Source of the DNA: Ministeria vibrans ATCC 50519
Taxonomy: Eukaryota; Protista; Filasterea
DNA length: 63,684 nucleotides
Reading direction: 5' to 3'
NCBI GenBank assembly: GCA_943704425.1
Contig: CALSCP010001670.1
Coordinates: forward strand, 62,001-125,684
The notes beneath the pieces were generated by a model. The model saw nothing but the letters and a program-made list of their open reading frames with translations. It searched no databases and had not been told where the DNA came from. The number at the start of each line of letters is the position of its first letter. The first letter of the stretch is position 1. A program made the position numbers and the translations under genes. Below are positions 49,108 through 60,792 of the stretch, piece after piece.

Positions 49108-49260
49108 TATTATTATCATTATTATTATTAGTACTATTACTATTATTATTATTATTATTATCATTATTATTACTATTACTATTCTTCTTCTTCTTCTTCT
49201 TCTTCTTCTTGCGTATTGCTATTGGTATTGTTAATGTGTTTGTTAATAATTATTATTATT
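48935..49260. repeat. (TAT)n/(TCT)n microsatellite, very AT-rich spacer between convergent PASK and TrpCF
   Basis: Directly visible. An AATAAA lies at ~48913, downstream of the PASK stop. Confidence 0.9.
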
Positions 49261-49266
49261 GTTTCA

Positions 49267-51214
49267 CTATAAACTTTTTGCGTTGCGAATAAACTGAGTG
49301 ATTTTGGTGAGATCTTTGACGCCGTCAGTCTCAACGCCACTGGACACATCGACAGCCCATGCGCCTGTCTAAGAAAAAAAAAAGAGAGAGTGAGAGAGAT
49401 TACACGTGTTTGTGACTGAGTGAGAGAGAGAGAGTATGTGTGTGTGTGTGTATATAGAGTTGACTAGGTTGTGTACTTGTTGTATGCAGTCGTGGACATT
49501 GTCTGGAGTGAGTCCGCCTGCAACTGCAACGGGGAGCTGTGCGCATATGTGGTGTGCAATATGCCAGTCAAAGCGACGGCCACTGCCACCTTGATGGGCG
49601 AGTGCGGGCGAGGGAGTCACCTTGGTGTCGAGCAGAGCCAGAGCGTGAGCGCCGACGAGGGTGCGCGAGAGCACTGCGTCCACTGCATCTTCATCGCCCA
49701 CGTGCACTGCGCGGATGCACGGCACGTCCACATGCAGCCCGGTGTCGGCGCCTTCCGCGTCCCCATGCAGCTGCACCGCATCCAATCCCACTGTGCGCGC
49801 CGTCTCGTTCATCTCTGCCACACTCGCATTGACAAACACTCCGACCACCAACGGCCGTCTCTGATGCACCTACACGAAAATAGTTCAAAAGAACTTCTTT
49901 CAGTTGCATTTATATGTCTTACCCTCCTCTCAATGTACGTTGCCCAGTCGGTCAGCCGTCGTCGCGCTGCGTCCGAGTCGCTCGTGTCGCATTGCGCACT
50001 GGGCTTCCCAGCCACTGCCTCAGCCCGCCCCGCCATGGCCTCACGCACTTGCTCGACAATCTTTACAAAAAAAAGAAAAAACGCACAACGTTGTCAGGTT
50101 CGTGCTTATTTATAGAGATATGGTAGGACCTTTTTTGCGAGGTCAATCGAGACGCAGCGACGGGACTTGGGCACAAAAATGAGACCGAGCATGTCGCAGC
50201 CGGCGGTGGCGGCGTGAACTGCCGCCTCGACTGTGGAGATGCCGCAAATCTTGACGAATACTTCGCCGCGTGACGCCTCTTGACCACGGAGGTAGCGAAT
50301 GAAGCGCGCCGGGTCGGCGGCCTTCATGAGAGCCTCGCCCACAAGAACGGCTGCGACGCCTGAGTTTGCGTAGCGCGTCACGTCGGCACGCGTGCTGATC
50401 CCTGAGAGCGCACAGAGGAGCATGGAGGGGGGCACGAGCGACGAGAGAGACGATGTGCGACCCAAGTCGACTGTGAAGGTGCGCAGGTCGCGGTTGTTGA
50501 CGCCGACAAGACGTGCACCGGCAGCGACGGCGCGTTGGGTCTCGTCGGCGTCGGCCACCTCGACAAGCGGCTCCATGCCGAGCGCTCGACTGGCATTGAT
50601 GAGCTGCACCAGCTCCTCGTCGGTGAGACAGCGTACAATGAGAAGTGCCGTGTCGGCGCCGTAGACGCGTGCCTCGACCAGTTGGTAGGCGTCCACAATG
50701 AAGTCCTTGCGAAGGACTGCCGGTCGCAACTTGGCACCACACTCGAGCTCGACCTCGCGACGCACCGCAGCCATGTCGTCAAGCGTGCCCTTGAACCACT
50801 TGGGCTCGGTCAGCACCGAGATGGTCGCGGCGCCTCCCGCGGCGTACCTGCGAGCCTGCTTTGCGGCATCCAGCCCCAACGCAATGTCGCCTGGGGGGGG
50901 GCAGAAGAGGACGCCTGTCAAGCGATGAGCTCAAGCGTGCCGTGCACGTACCTTTGCTGGGGCTCGCACGCTTCACTTCGGCCATTACAGCCATGGGTGT
51001 CTCGTCGTCGGGGCGTCGCAGTCTCTCGCACACGTCGATGAGCGCAGGCGCCTGTTGAACAACGACCGAGAGTGCACATCAACACCACGTTCAAACGCGC
51101 GTCTTTGCAACATACCTGCGCCAACCGACTTTCAAGCTGCTCCAAGCTTTCCTTTTCTTTGGCTGCTGCCACATCCATGCGGCGTTGTGCCACGATTTCG
51201 TCCAGAATGCTCAT
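49267..51214 (-). CDS. Indole-3-glycerol-phosphate synthase / phosphoribosylanthranilate isomerase fusion (TrpC-TrpF), multi-exon
   Basis: IGPS: [65 protein letters not shown]: [54 protein letters not shown]. Confidence 0.93.
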
Positions 51215-51900
51215 TCTTATGAAAAAATGTTGATGATTGATTTTTTTTTTTCAAGAATACACTATCGCTCACTGATTAATAATCGTCCTTTTTTTTTGCT
51301 TCTCTCAAGGTAAATCGTGTGTGTGGGTGTGTTTGAGTTGTGGCTGTGGCGGGGGGTCGTGGCGGGCCTGGCGACGGCGTTGCTGCTGCTCTTGCGTGTT
51401 TCTCACTGCACTGCCCGTCGCGCAGTGTCTGCGTCGCCCGCGCATCCCATCGCTGTGTGGGCTGCATCTGCTGCGGCGTCTGCCCCGTGCTGTGCGCGAC
51501 GCAGCCCCCTTCGCTGCCTCCCCCGACACTTTCCTCGTGTCCGAAAGTAAAATGGAAAGCCCCTTGAAGGCCCTTTCGTCGCGCCTCTTCCACCCTCGCC
51601 GTATGCCCTTGGTGTGTCTAACCTTCTTGTCGCTGCGCTGCTGCGCGTTATGCGAGCGTTTGCTTGAAATCTTCATAAAAAGAAAAAATGAAAAAATGAA
51701 GAAAAAAAAAAAAAGAGAAATGACCCAACGAGCTCAGTTTGGGGCGTTGTGTGCGCCTGGCGTGCATGCCCGTGACTTTGGTGTGTGCAGATGCGTCTGA
51801 TTGTGGCGGGCTTGTGTGTGTGTGTTCTCGTAAAGTGCTGAACCTTTTTTTTCTTTTTTTTTCTCTCTTTTCCTCTTAGAGTTGTACATTTTGTCTTGTA

Positions 51901-53368
51901 ATGGTAAGCAATTCAACCTGTGCATCACGTCCAACCTACCTTCTAACATGGTCTCTCTCTCTCTCTCTCTCTTTTGTTTCTTTTTTCTCCTTTTTTTTCT
52001 TCTCTTCTCTTCTCTTCCTTCCTTCTCATCACAGTCTCACCGTAAGTTTGAAGCTCCCCGTCACGGTCATCTTGGTCTGCGCCCGCGCAAGCGTGCCCCT
52101 GGCCCGCGTGGCAAGGTCAAGTCGTTCCCCAAGGACGACCCGTCCAACCCCCCTCACCTGACGGCCTTTATGGTCTACAAGGCCGGCATGACGCACATTC
52201 TGCGTGAGGTGGAGCGCGCTGGCTCCCTCATGAACAAGAAGGAGGTTGTCGAGGCCGTGACGGTCCTGGAGGCGCCCCCGATGGTCCCCGTCGGCGTTGT
52301 CGGCTACGTGCGCACCCCGCGTGGCCTGCGCTCGCTCACCACCGTGTGGACGCAGCACCTGAGCGATGAGGTCCGCCGCCGCTTCTACAAGAACTGGTAC
52401 AAGTCCAAGAAGAAGGCGTTCACCAAGTACGCCGCCAAGTACTCGACGGACGTTGGCAAGTCGGAGATCCAGCGTGAGGTTGAGCGCATCAAGAAGTACT
52501 GCCAGGTCGTGCGCGTGCTCTGCCACACCCAGATGGCCCACATCAAGAACGGCCAGAAGAAGGCCAACCTTATGGAGATCCAGATCAACGGTGGCTCCGT
52601 CGAGGACAAGGTAAAGAAAGAGAGAAACACTGCCTGCGTGTGTGTGTGCTGACGTGCTGTGCAAATTAGATCAAGTTCGCTATGGACTCGTTTGAGAAGG
52701 AGATCAAGGTGGACAGCGTGTTCTCGCACAACGAGATGATTGACACGATTGGCGTGACACGTGGCCACGGTAACACTGGCATCACGAAGCGCTGGGGCAC
52801 CAAGAAGCTGCCGCGCAAGACGCACAAGGGTCTGCGCAAGGTGGGTTGCATTGGAGCGTGGCATCCGTCTGATGTCCAGACGACCGTGCCCCGTGCCGGT
52901 CAGCACGGTTTCCATCGCCGCACTGAGCTCAACAAGAAGATCTACCGCATCGGTGCGGCCATCCACACCGAGGGCGACAAGGTCATCAAGAACAACGCTG
53001 CCACCGAGTACGATCTTACCGACAAGAGCATCACCCCCATGGGTGGCTTCCCCCACTACGGAGAGGTAAGAACGACAAGCAAAAAAAAAAAAAAAAAAGT
53101 TCCGTGTCTCATTGTTCGTGCGCCTCGTTCTCTTTTCACCTAGGTCAACGGTGACTTCATCATCATCAAGGGCTGCATCATGGGCCCCGCCCGCCGCGTC
53201 GTTGTCCTGCGCAAGTCGCTCCTCACCCACACCAGCCGCAAGGCCCTCGAGAAGATCACGCTCAAGTTCATCGACACGACCGCCAAGCAGGGTCACGGCC
53301 GCTTCCAGACGGCCGAGGAGAAGAGCTCCTTCCTGGGCGCTCTCAAGCGCGACAAGGTTGCCGAGTAA
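51901..53368 (+). CDS. RPL3: 60S ribosomal protein L3 (uL3), 4 exons, the first being ATG only
   Basis: ATG|GTAAGC at 51901. [78 protein letters not shown]. Strong codon bias. Confidence 0.97.
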
Positions 53369-53850
53369 GCCTTGCTGATCCGATTTCACTACAATACAAA
53401 TATAATAATTCCTTCTCACGTGGAAGACAAAAAAAAAATTCAGTCGATTTTATGTTCATTCTGTCCAATACCAAATTTTTAATTATGTCGAAAACTATAG
53501 AGTGTTAGATTTTATTTTATAAGCCGTCAAGTGAGTCGATCCTTATTTTCGTCTCTGCTGAGCTTGTGATGTGGTGTGAGGGCTGTGTTCCTGACAGAGT
53601 ACTACATAAACGATTCCATTTTTGTGTCTCATTTGGGAAGACCAATAATTTTTTTGGTACATTGGTATCTTATTGATATATAAAAGAAGAAGAATTATTT
53701 ATTTAAGAATACAACCCATTCATTAATGATACAGTCACCACTCACCACGCGAAGACATAATTATATTAATAATAATATTACTATTATTTATTTAGTGGCT
53801 CCCAGGCTTTGTTCTTCGTTTGTGATGATTAATAATTAATAATTGTAATT

Positions 53851-54811
53851 TTACACAGGGGGACATCCGACAGTCGGCACCGGCTTGACGTCGTCAAGGT
53901 CAAAGCCCATGGCAGTGAGTTTGGATGTGATGGAGTCGAGGAGCGACTGGGGGACTGTGAGGGCGCGGGTGAGGACCCACACGTCGTCGTCGTCGAGGGT
54001 GCGTCCAACGGCGCCAAGGCACGACGCGACCACCGAGTAGGTCGTGTAGTCGCTGGCGATGATCTGGTAGGGTCCTGCGACGGGGGCGCCGGGGAAGAGC
54101 ACGCGCAGGTCGCACGGGTTGGACGCGTTTGCGATGGTCGCCTGGCCCTGGGCGCCAGTGAGGGGCGCCGAGAGCGAGCCCTTGCGGCACAGGTTGTTGA
54201 CGCCGACCGTGCTGGCCGACGTCAGCGTGTAGTTGGCCGTCTCGCAGAAGCAGTTGCGGCCGAAGTAGAATGACGTTGACTGCAGCTGTGTGTACCACAG
54301 ACCTGTTTGTTTTGGAGGAGAGAGAGAGAGAGTGAAGCGAGTTTAAGGATCTGCCGACGGAAGAAAAAGACAAAGAGCAAAACTAGGTGTCATCGATCGG
54401 ATGACAGTGTGGTCACATGGGCGTTTAGGACGAAATTAGGAGCGGGGGTCTTGGGCTGTGGGTCACGCGCCGTAGCGAGCAGCCTTGGGAGCTCAGGAAG
54501 AGCGAAACGTGGGGGCTCGATTAAATCTTAATGACGATCGGATCTAAACCGCAAATCGACGCGAATCCGAGACACCCGATCAGGCACCGTCGCCATGTGG
54601 CCCTTTTTATGATGTGTCGGTAGAGTGTGGAGAGCAGTGGGGCTCCGCTGCGGCTCAAAGACGGTAAGGATGACATGAAATCGAAAGTACCTTGATATTT
54701 GGCGACATCGAAATCGGCGCCTTGTTCACAGAGGCTGTACTCCTTTGGGCACTTGGCGCCTTCGGAGACGACGACCAGAGCGATGAGAATGGTGGCAAAG
54801 AGGGTGTGCAT
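53851..54811 (-). CDS. Secreted lipocalin (apolipoprotein D/Blc-like), 2 exons
   Basis: Signal peptide, FDVAKYQG|LWY (SCR1 GxW), C.TANYTL, PYQIIASDYTTYSVV.SC (SCR2), WVLTR (SCR3), terminal Cys. Confidence 0.88.
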
Positions 54812-55109
54812 GTTTTCAGCGGGAGACAACAAAAATTATTGACACATGAGGCGAAAATGAAATGACGATCGGTCAATCGGTTATTTTTTAAGATAACGGG
54901 AGTAAACCACAAAAAAATAACATCAGTGACGTCACAGCAAGCGACAGCGTCTACAGCGACCAAGTGCAGGTCAGAAGTCAGAAGACTCGGGTCTGAGCCT
55001 CTGAGGAGTGCGGACTCGCTGGCCCCGCCGATTGGGCACTGATTGCGCTCACCGGGGGGCTCCTGGCGCAGTCGAAATAACCGATCCTTCACCTTTTACC
55101 TTTTTTTGT

Positions 55110-55930
55110 ACTATCGCACCCTCTGACCTGGCTGGGGTGCAGAACCTCTCTCCTCCCCGAGCCCCTGTCTAATTGTCGATCCCTTTGCAGTTTGCATTCA
55201 GCCGAGGCTGCCAAATACGTGCGTGCTTCTTCCAGTCCATGCAGGCACCACGGGAGGGACTCACCGAGGGAGTCCCCTGCCTGGACTGAAGGAGTCCTTC
55301 GGAACTGCCTGGCTGGGCACGCCGACTCCCTGTGCGCTGCAACGAACTGACGCGCCGCAGTTATTTGCGTCGAGCACGAGGTGTGTTGCGTGCCCTTGCT
55401 TGCGTTTCTTTACGAGCAGCAGCAGCCGCTGTGCCAACGTACTGCTATTCTCGTCGACTCACGGGGAGCCACACGCCCAAGGGCTATTTGCGCCCGGTCT
55501 GTCCTATCTGGTGCAAAGTTTGCATTGAAGCGAGTTTCACCGGTGGTGATGTACCCATGACGGGAGAGCACGCATCTTCTGCCCTGGCTCGAACCCGGCC
55601 GGGGGTGCTCTCGTGTGGCGCGTCACATCCCCCTCTGTCGACATGTACTCGTTTAGAGTGGCCCTGTGGGAAGCGTGCAGTGGCGGAGAGCGACCATACG
55701 CGCCGTTCTATGACGACGAGACGGGCATCTGTGAGCATGTGCGTGGTGGCGGTCGGCCCCCTCCCACAGGACTTGACCATCGTGTGCACGATGTGCTCTG
55801 TCGACGCACACTGGATCGAGCGACCGCATGCCCATGAAATGCACATGATGCTGGAGGAACTGCTAGAAGACAATGAGGATGGCGACGATGAAGAGGAGGA
55901 CGTTCGTACACCAGATATGATGAGTAAAAT
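55110..55930 (+). pseudogene. Degenerate protein-kinase (tyrosine-kinase-like) pseudogene
   Basis: Subdomain remnants lie in different frames: RCANVLL (VIb without HRD), CKVC (no DFG), SVDMYSFRVALWEACSGGERPY..VRGGGRP (IX-X), ERPHAHEMHMMLEEL (XI). Frameshifts and stops separate them. Confidence 0.6.
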
Positions 55931-56732
55931 AAATTTGAGAATGATAATAATCTTATTGTGCTGACGCCAATAGTCCACTTTGAACTTTCAAGCTTCTCAT
56001 AATTTTCTCATTACAACCATTTTCATTTAAGTGTGATTTAACATCTGAATAAGATCTGATCATCAGTCGTACGGCGAGATTAGAGTTAATCGTTCATTCC
56101 CAAATCCCAATCAAACATTGAGCAAAAGTGAACTGATATTTCACTATTCACAATTCACACACACACTTTTCTCTTGCTCTTTGTTTGTGGCCTGCATCTG
56201 CCGTGATCGACGACCCAGAACACACTCGCACTACTCTTGCTGCTCTCAAAGGCGGTATGTGCGTCGCTCAACAATTGAATAAATATGAACTTTGTTTGAT
56301 TTCCTGCAATCTCCGCCGCTGTCGATTGTGGGACCGGGCTTGTTGCAGTGATGCAGTCCTTAGAATTGGCTTTGAACGCGCCTCTTCGCGAATCAATCCG
56401 TTCAGTCGAGTTTTCCTTTTTTTTTTTTTCGTCCAACAAAAATTAAAATCAATAACTTCTTGATGCGCTTGATTTTGACGTCGCAAAGGAGGCGGTGTGG
56501 TCTATTGTGGTCGGTATTGTTGATTCTGGCGGTCAACTCACTCTCGCCGTCTTTTTTCTGCAGATTTAGAAACGATTAGGAAACGATTATCACTCGAATG
56601 ACATTCTGTCGCCATCCACTGCTGAGCGATGTGTTTGCGTATGTGCGGGGTGAGGGGGTGAAGTTGTTCTGTGAAGATGAGACTGGGCCAGACCAGGTGG
56701 ACGGTGCACTGGCGACAATGAAGGGACACGAG

Positions 56733-56739
56733 NNNNNNN
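56733..56739. other. Assembly gap (N run)
   Basis: 7 Ns, adjoining a copy of the CTTTGTTTCT repeat. Confidence 1.
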
Positions 56740-56849
56740 CTTTGTTTCTTGCTCTCTCCTCTCTCTTACACACACACACATACACACACACAAAGAGCGC
56801 GCACGATAAATCAGTACAAGGACGAAGAAAATGGTGGGTGCACAATTAC

Positions 56850-59763
56850 CTTGTCCTTATCCGCAGACGCGGCACCGCTCTTACGCTGTCGGCGCTTCTT
56901 TGGAGCTGATTGCGTTGCTACCTGATCGACTGTCACTGTGGGTTCGGTCACGGAAACAGCGACGGTAGTAACAGCAGCCGAAGGGGCGCTCTTCTTGCCC
57001 TTGCCTTGTCTGTTTCCTCCGGCGGCCACGGCGGTCACGCGCACCGGTTCCACTCTGGTCTTGGTCTCGGTCTGTTGCGTTTGCTGTTTCTTGCCTTGTG
57101 ACTGTTGCGGCTGCTCCCTTTTCTGTTGTTGGTGCTGCTGTGACTGTTGCTGTGACTGTTGCTGTGGTTGTTTGGCGCGCGAGTCGGTTTTGCGGACAGA
57201 AGAAGAAGGTGCAATAGAGGTAGCAGCAGCGCGTGAAGAAGGGGATGCCCTGACTTGGCCACGGTTAGCAGCCGATGACGAAGACGCAGCGTAGCCCGTA
57301 CCCCGCGGCCCAAACGCAGGGGGGCCTCTGGGGCGCGACATTTCCTTGCCATGCTTTAGCTTCTCAACGGGAGTTTCCATGGGTGTAATGACGAGCGAGC
57401 CATTCTCGAGTTCCCACTTGCGGAACTCGTCGAGCGAGCGCAATTTAAACACCATCACGGCACTGGCGGTGGTCAGCGCCTCATCAAGACCACACAGCTC
57501 AAAGATTGTCATGTTCCCACTCGGTTTGACGTTAGTTCCAAACAGCCCCGTGTCAGAGTTGATTCGCTGAACAAACATAAGCGACAAAAAGAAAAGAAAA
57601 AAGAGATTAATCAAATCAATGGCGCGAACGAGACAGACAGACAGAGAAAGAAAGAAAGAGAGATAGAGAGAGAGAGAGAGAAAGAGAGAGAGGAGAAAGA
57701 AACAAGATAGAGAGAGAGAAAGGAGAAAGAAACAAAGTGATAGAGAGAGGAGAAAGAAACAGAGTGATAAAGAGAGAGAGAGAGGGAGAAAGAAACAAAG
57801 TGATATATAGAGAGAGGGAGAAAGAAACAAAGTGATAGAGAGAGAGGTGAAAGAAACAAAGTGATAGAGAGAGAAGAGAAAAAGAGCGATAGAGAGAGGC
57901 AGGGTAATAAAAATATAAAAGGGTACGTTGAGAGTAGCACCGCCTTTGCCAACAAGAAAGCCGCCGACGCTCTTGGGAACTGCAAAGGTGACTTTTTTGT
58001 ACTCGAGTCGCGTACGCACTTGTTCAATTGCCTCGTTGCTCTGCAGAGAGACAGAGAGATGTTAAAAAAAAAGCCCAATCAATAGATGAAAGTATAGAGA
58101 AGAAGAAGACCGTACGGTTGCAACGACCGAGACAGAGTTGTCGTCGGAGGCAACGCGAATAGAAAGGATACCCTCCATCTGCTCGGCACTGCGGATGGTT
58201 GCGCCGCCCTTGCCAATCACAACCCCAATGGTCTCCGCCGGTACGCGAAACTGCACCGACACGCGCGGCACTACCTCGGCGGCCGCCGAAAGTTTAGCTA
58301 CAGGCTGTGCCTTACATGTGGCAAGAAAACAAGCATGAGCGACTGGGCGCACGTTACAACATATGATACCTGTCGTTCGGCACGGTGCACGGCGTTGAGC
58401 AGCTGCTGTACGTGAATGTTGAAGATGACCTTGGCGACGTGCACTGTTGAGAATGTACCAATGACATAGAGCGTATCGGTCGTGCCGCACATGGAGACAT
58501 ACAGAGCCTTGCAGGCTTCCTTGAATTCTAAAGAGTTTGGGACGGTATCAAGGGCGTTGAATAATCCTTTCGACGTTACCTTTGTGCGTCGCTTCGCGTT
58601 GCGCTACCTCAGCAGTGACTGCGGGAATGGGGAACTCGACACGAGCGAGGTCGTGTGGAATGGTAAATGCACCGTGTCTACAGGAGGGAGGGAGGGAGGA
58701 AGAAACAAAGTGAGAGAGAGAGAGGAGAAAGAAACAAAGTGATAGAGAAGAAAGAAACAAAGTGATAGAGAGAGAGAGAGGAGAAAGAAACAAAGTGATA
58801 GAGAAGAAAGAAACAAAGTGATAGAGAGAGAGAGAGAGGAGAAAGAAACAAAGTGATAGAGAGAGAGAGAGGAGAAAGAAACAAAGTGATAGAGAGAGAA
58901 GCATCGTCGCTCTCTTTCGTTTGATCGTATACCGCATAGCGACCGGCTCGCGAATTTGCGAAAGTTCGACAAAATCGTGAATTTTGTCGCCGTTGGCATG
59001 CTCCAACAGGTAGATGTCGCCGCGCTGCTGGGTCACCACGGCTTGACACCAGCCATTCTTGGCCGCGGGATCGGCAGGATTCCATTGGAGGAACACCTAC
59101 AAGGAGAAATGCGAAGTTACAGACACCACCAAAAAAAAAAAAAAAAAAAAAAAAAAAGAAAAGAATCAACATCGAAAAAAAAAAACCAGACTGTGTCGAT
59201 TGAACGGAAGCAGATGCGACTAGCGGGGGACACGCGGATGGAGGGGTTGAGCATATGCCAGTCGGCAGGATGGGCCCGCGGGACTGGCCGTGGGGCCCTT
59301 GCATGCGTCATCGTTACGTCGACAAGACCAAACACTCAAAAAAAAGGAAAGAAAAGAAATAAAAACGAACCTCGACGGAATCGCCGGCCTTGGGCAGGAA
59401 GGGCTCGGGGCTCTGGGGTGGCACCAGACGAATGAGAGCGGCATCGACCCACTGGGGGGGACGGGAGGAGGGCGCAATCGTGACAAAGAGGCGATTGGTG
59501 TCGCGGTCAAAATCCATAATGGATGCCTAAGCGAAAGAGAGACATTGAGGAGCGGTGTTGGTCCTGCAGAGCAGCGGCGCCCGTGGAAGACCCGCCTGAG
59601 AGACGGGTGGAGACGGGGAGAGTAAAGGGAAGGAGAGGGGCTGGGTGGGGGGCTGGTGGGGGCATGGAGGAGTTGTCAAGACCTGAATGTACGAATCGGT
59701 GTCTTCATTGTACAGCTCGATGCGGCTTTCGCATGTGTACAGCCACAACAGACAAGACGCCAT
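56850..59763 (-). CDS. FMR1: Fragile X mental retardation protein family (tandem Agenet, KH0, KH1, KH2, low-complexity tail). 3' end unresolved.
   Basis: Agenet-2 GDSVEV...GWCQAVV...GDIYLLE...HDFVELSQIR, KH0 segment HKEFKEAC, KH1 FRVP..IGVVIGKGGATIRSA, VRTRLEY, KH2 VP..VGGFLVGKGGATL, all collinear with FMR1/FXR. The last visible exon ends at a phase-0 GTAATT donor just before an N-gap. Confidence 0.8.
57640..57900. repeat. Tandem AGGAGAAAGAAACAAAGTGATAG(AG)n units in an FMR1 intron
   Basis: About 6-7 degenerate copies, with the same core as the 1231-1360 array (reverse complement). Confidence 0.88.
58697..58900. repeat. Tandem AGAAAGAAACAAAGTGATAG(AG)n units in an FMR1 intron
   Basis: About 7 near-perfect copies with long and short variants. 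Confidence 0.9.
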
Positions 59764-59898
59764 GATTGAGGACACGTGGGGCACAGAGAACGGTATATTT
59801 TTGATTTTTGGTATGATTTAATTGATTTTGAATTTTGATCGTAAATTCGTGAAGTTCAAGTTGTCAACAAATTTATTTTGCTCTTCAAACGCCCAAGA

Positions 59899-60792
59899 AT
59901 GGCACTGCTTGTAACATCTCGCTTGCTTGTGGCAGCTGCTGTGGTTGCCTTGTGCCAGTATTCGTGCCTTGCAGGACCGGAAGACCCCTCTTCGTGGCCC
60001 GTTGCGTTCAAGTTCGTTCTTCTGTCTGATGGCCATCCAACTCACCCCACACACCCGTTGTAGTGCTAGCTTCTTAGCGGGTTCAAGTGTTGGCGTGTTG
60101 TATTATGACTGGACGGTATGATACATTCCTTAGAGCACTCAAAAGGCAACAATCGTCGCTTTTTTTTTTTTTTTTTTTTTTTTTGAACTTGTGTCCTTCT
60201 TTCCTCGCTCTCTCCTGCTTCTTTTTACAGCACCAATCGCAGGTGATCGAGCACGGCCCCAGGGCGTTTGAATGCGAACAGTTCTACAATGCTTCCTTGG
60301 GCTGCTCACTCCTGTTCACTCCCAAAGGTGCGTTTCACTGTTGTGTGCGTCCGTCCATCTGTCTGCCTTCAAATCACAAGCAGATTCCCCTCGGCTAAAT
60401 CCGTCCTCTTAGGAATGTACGCGATGATCTCCACCGACCACCATCTGCCTCCAAAGTGTTGTTTAGACATTCCGGGTCTTGGCGCTCCCCCGCCCGACTT
60501 CACCAAGGACTTTGTGTTTCAGTCTCTCACCATTGTTGCCGGCGTCGAGTGTCGCGAATTCTCGACGGGCTCGCCTCACGCCTATTCCGATTCATTTAAA
60601 GCGCAGCCCAGTGGCACCGACTCCCGCGTCCCCTGCACCTTCTCCTTTCCCGACCCTGACCAGACCATGGTCTTTCTGCCCACCACAGTGGGGGTCGGTC
60701 CGCAAAATGCATCGCGCTTTGTTGTTCCCGACAACTGCGCCTCTTCCTGCAAGAGCCTCAAGAAGCCTGGCTCAGCGCACAAGCCCCATTAA
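59899..60792 (+). CDS. Secreted ependymin-related (EPDR-like) protein, 4 exons
   Basis: Signal peptide, P..WP.AF, G.LYYDW, Cys pattern C..C...CC...G...PDF, V.GVEC..F, terminal F.VP..C. This pattern is typical of ependymin-related proteins in protists and plants. Confidence 0.6.

Noticed and set aside
49267-49285. TrpCF C-terminus -AKSL as a PTS1
   Set aside because: KSL does not match the (S/A/C)(K/R/H)(L/M) consensus.
53550-53660. TGATG...CTGA and ATTTTTG motifs downstream of RPL3, as a possible snoRNA or snRNA
   Set aside because: Box C is imperfect, no terminal stem is evident, and such short motifs are common in AT-rich spacers.
55085-55110. CCTTTTAC followed by a T run, resembling the U5 snRNA loop and a Pol III terminator
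   Set aside because: Lacks the invariant GCCTTTTAC context, flanking stem and Sm site. No tRNA, rRNA or snRNA could be supported anywhere in the window.
58697-58900. Regularly spaced 22-31 bp repeats resembling a CRISPR array
   Set aside because: No unique spacers (only variable AG runs), located in a spliceosomal intron, and no cas genes.
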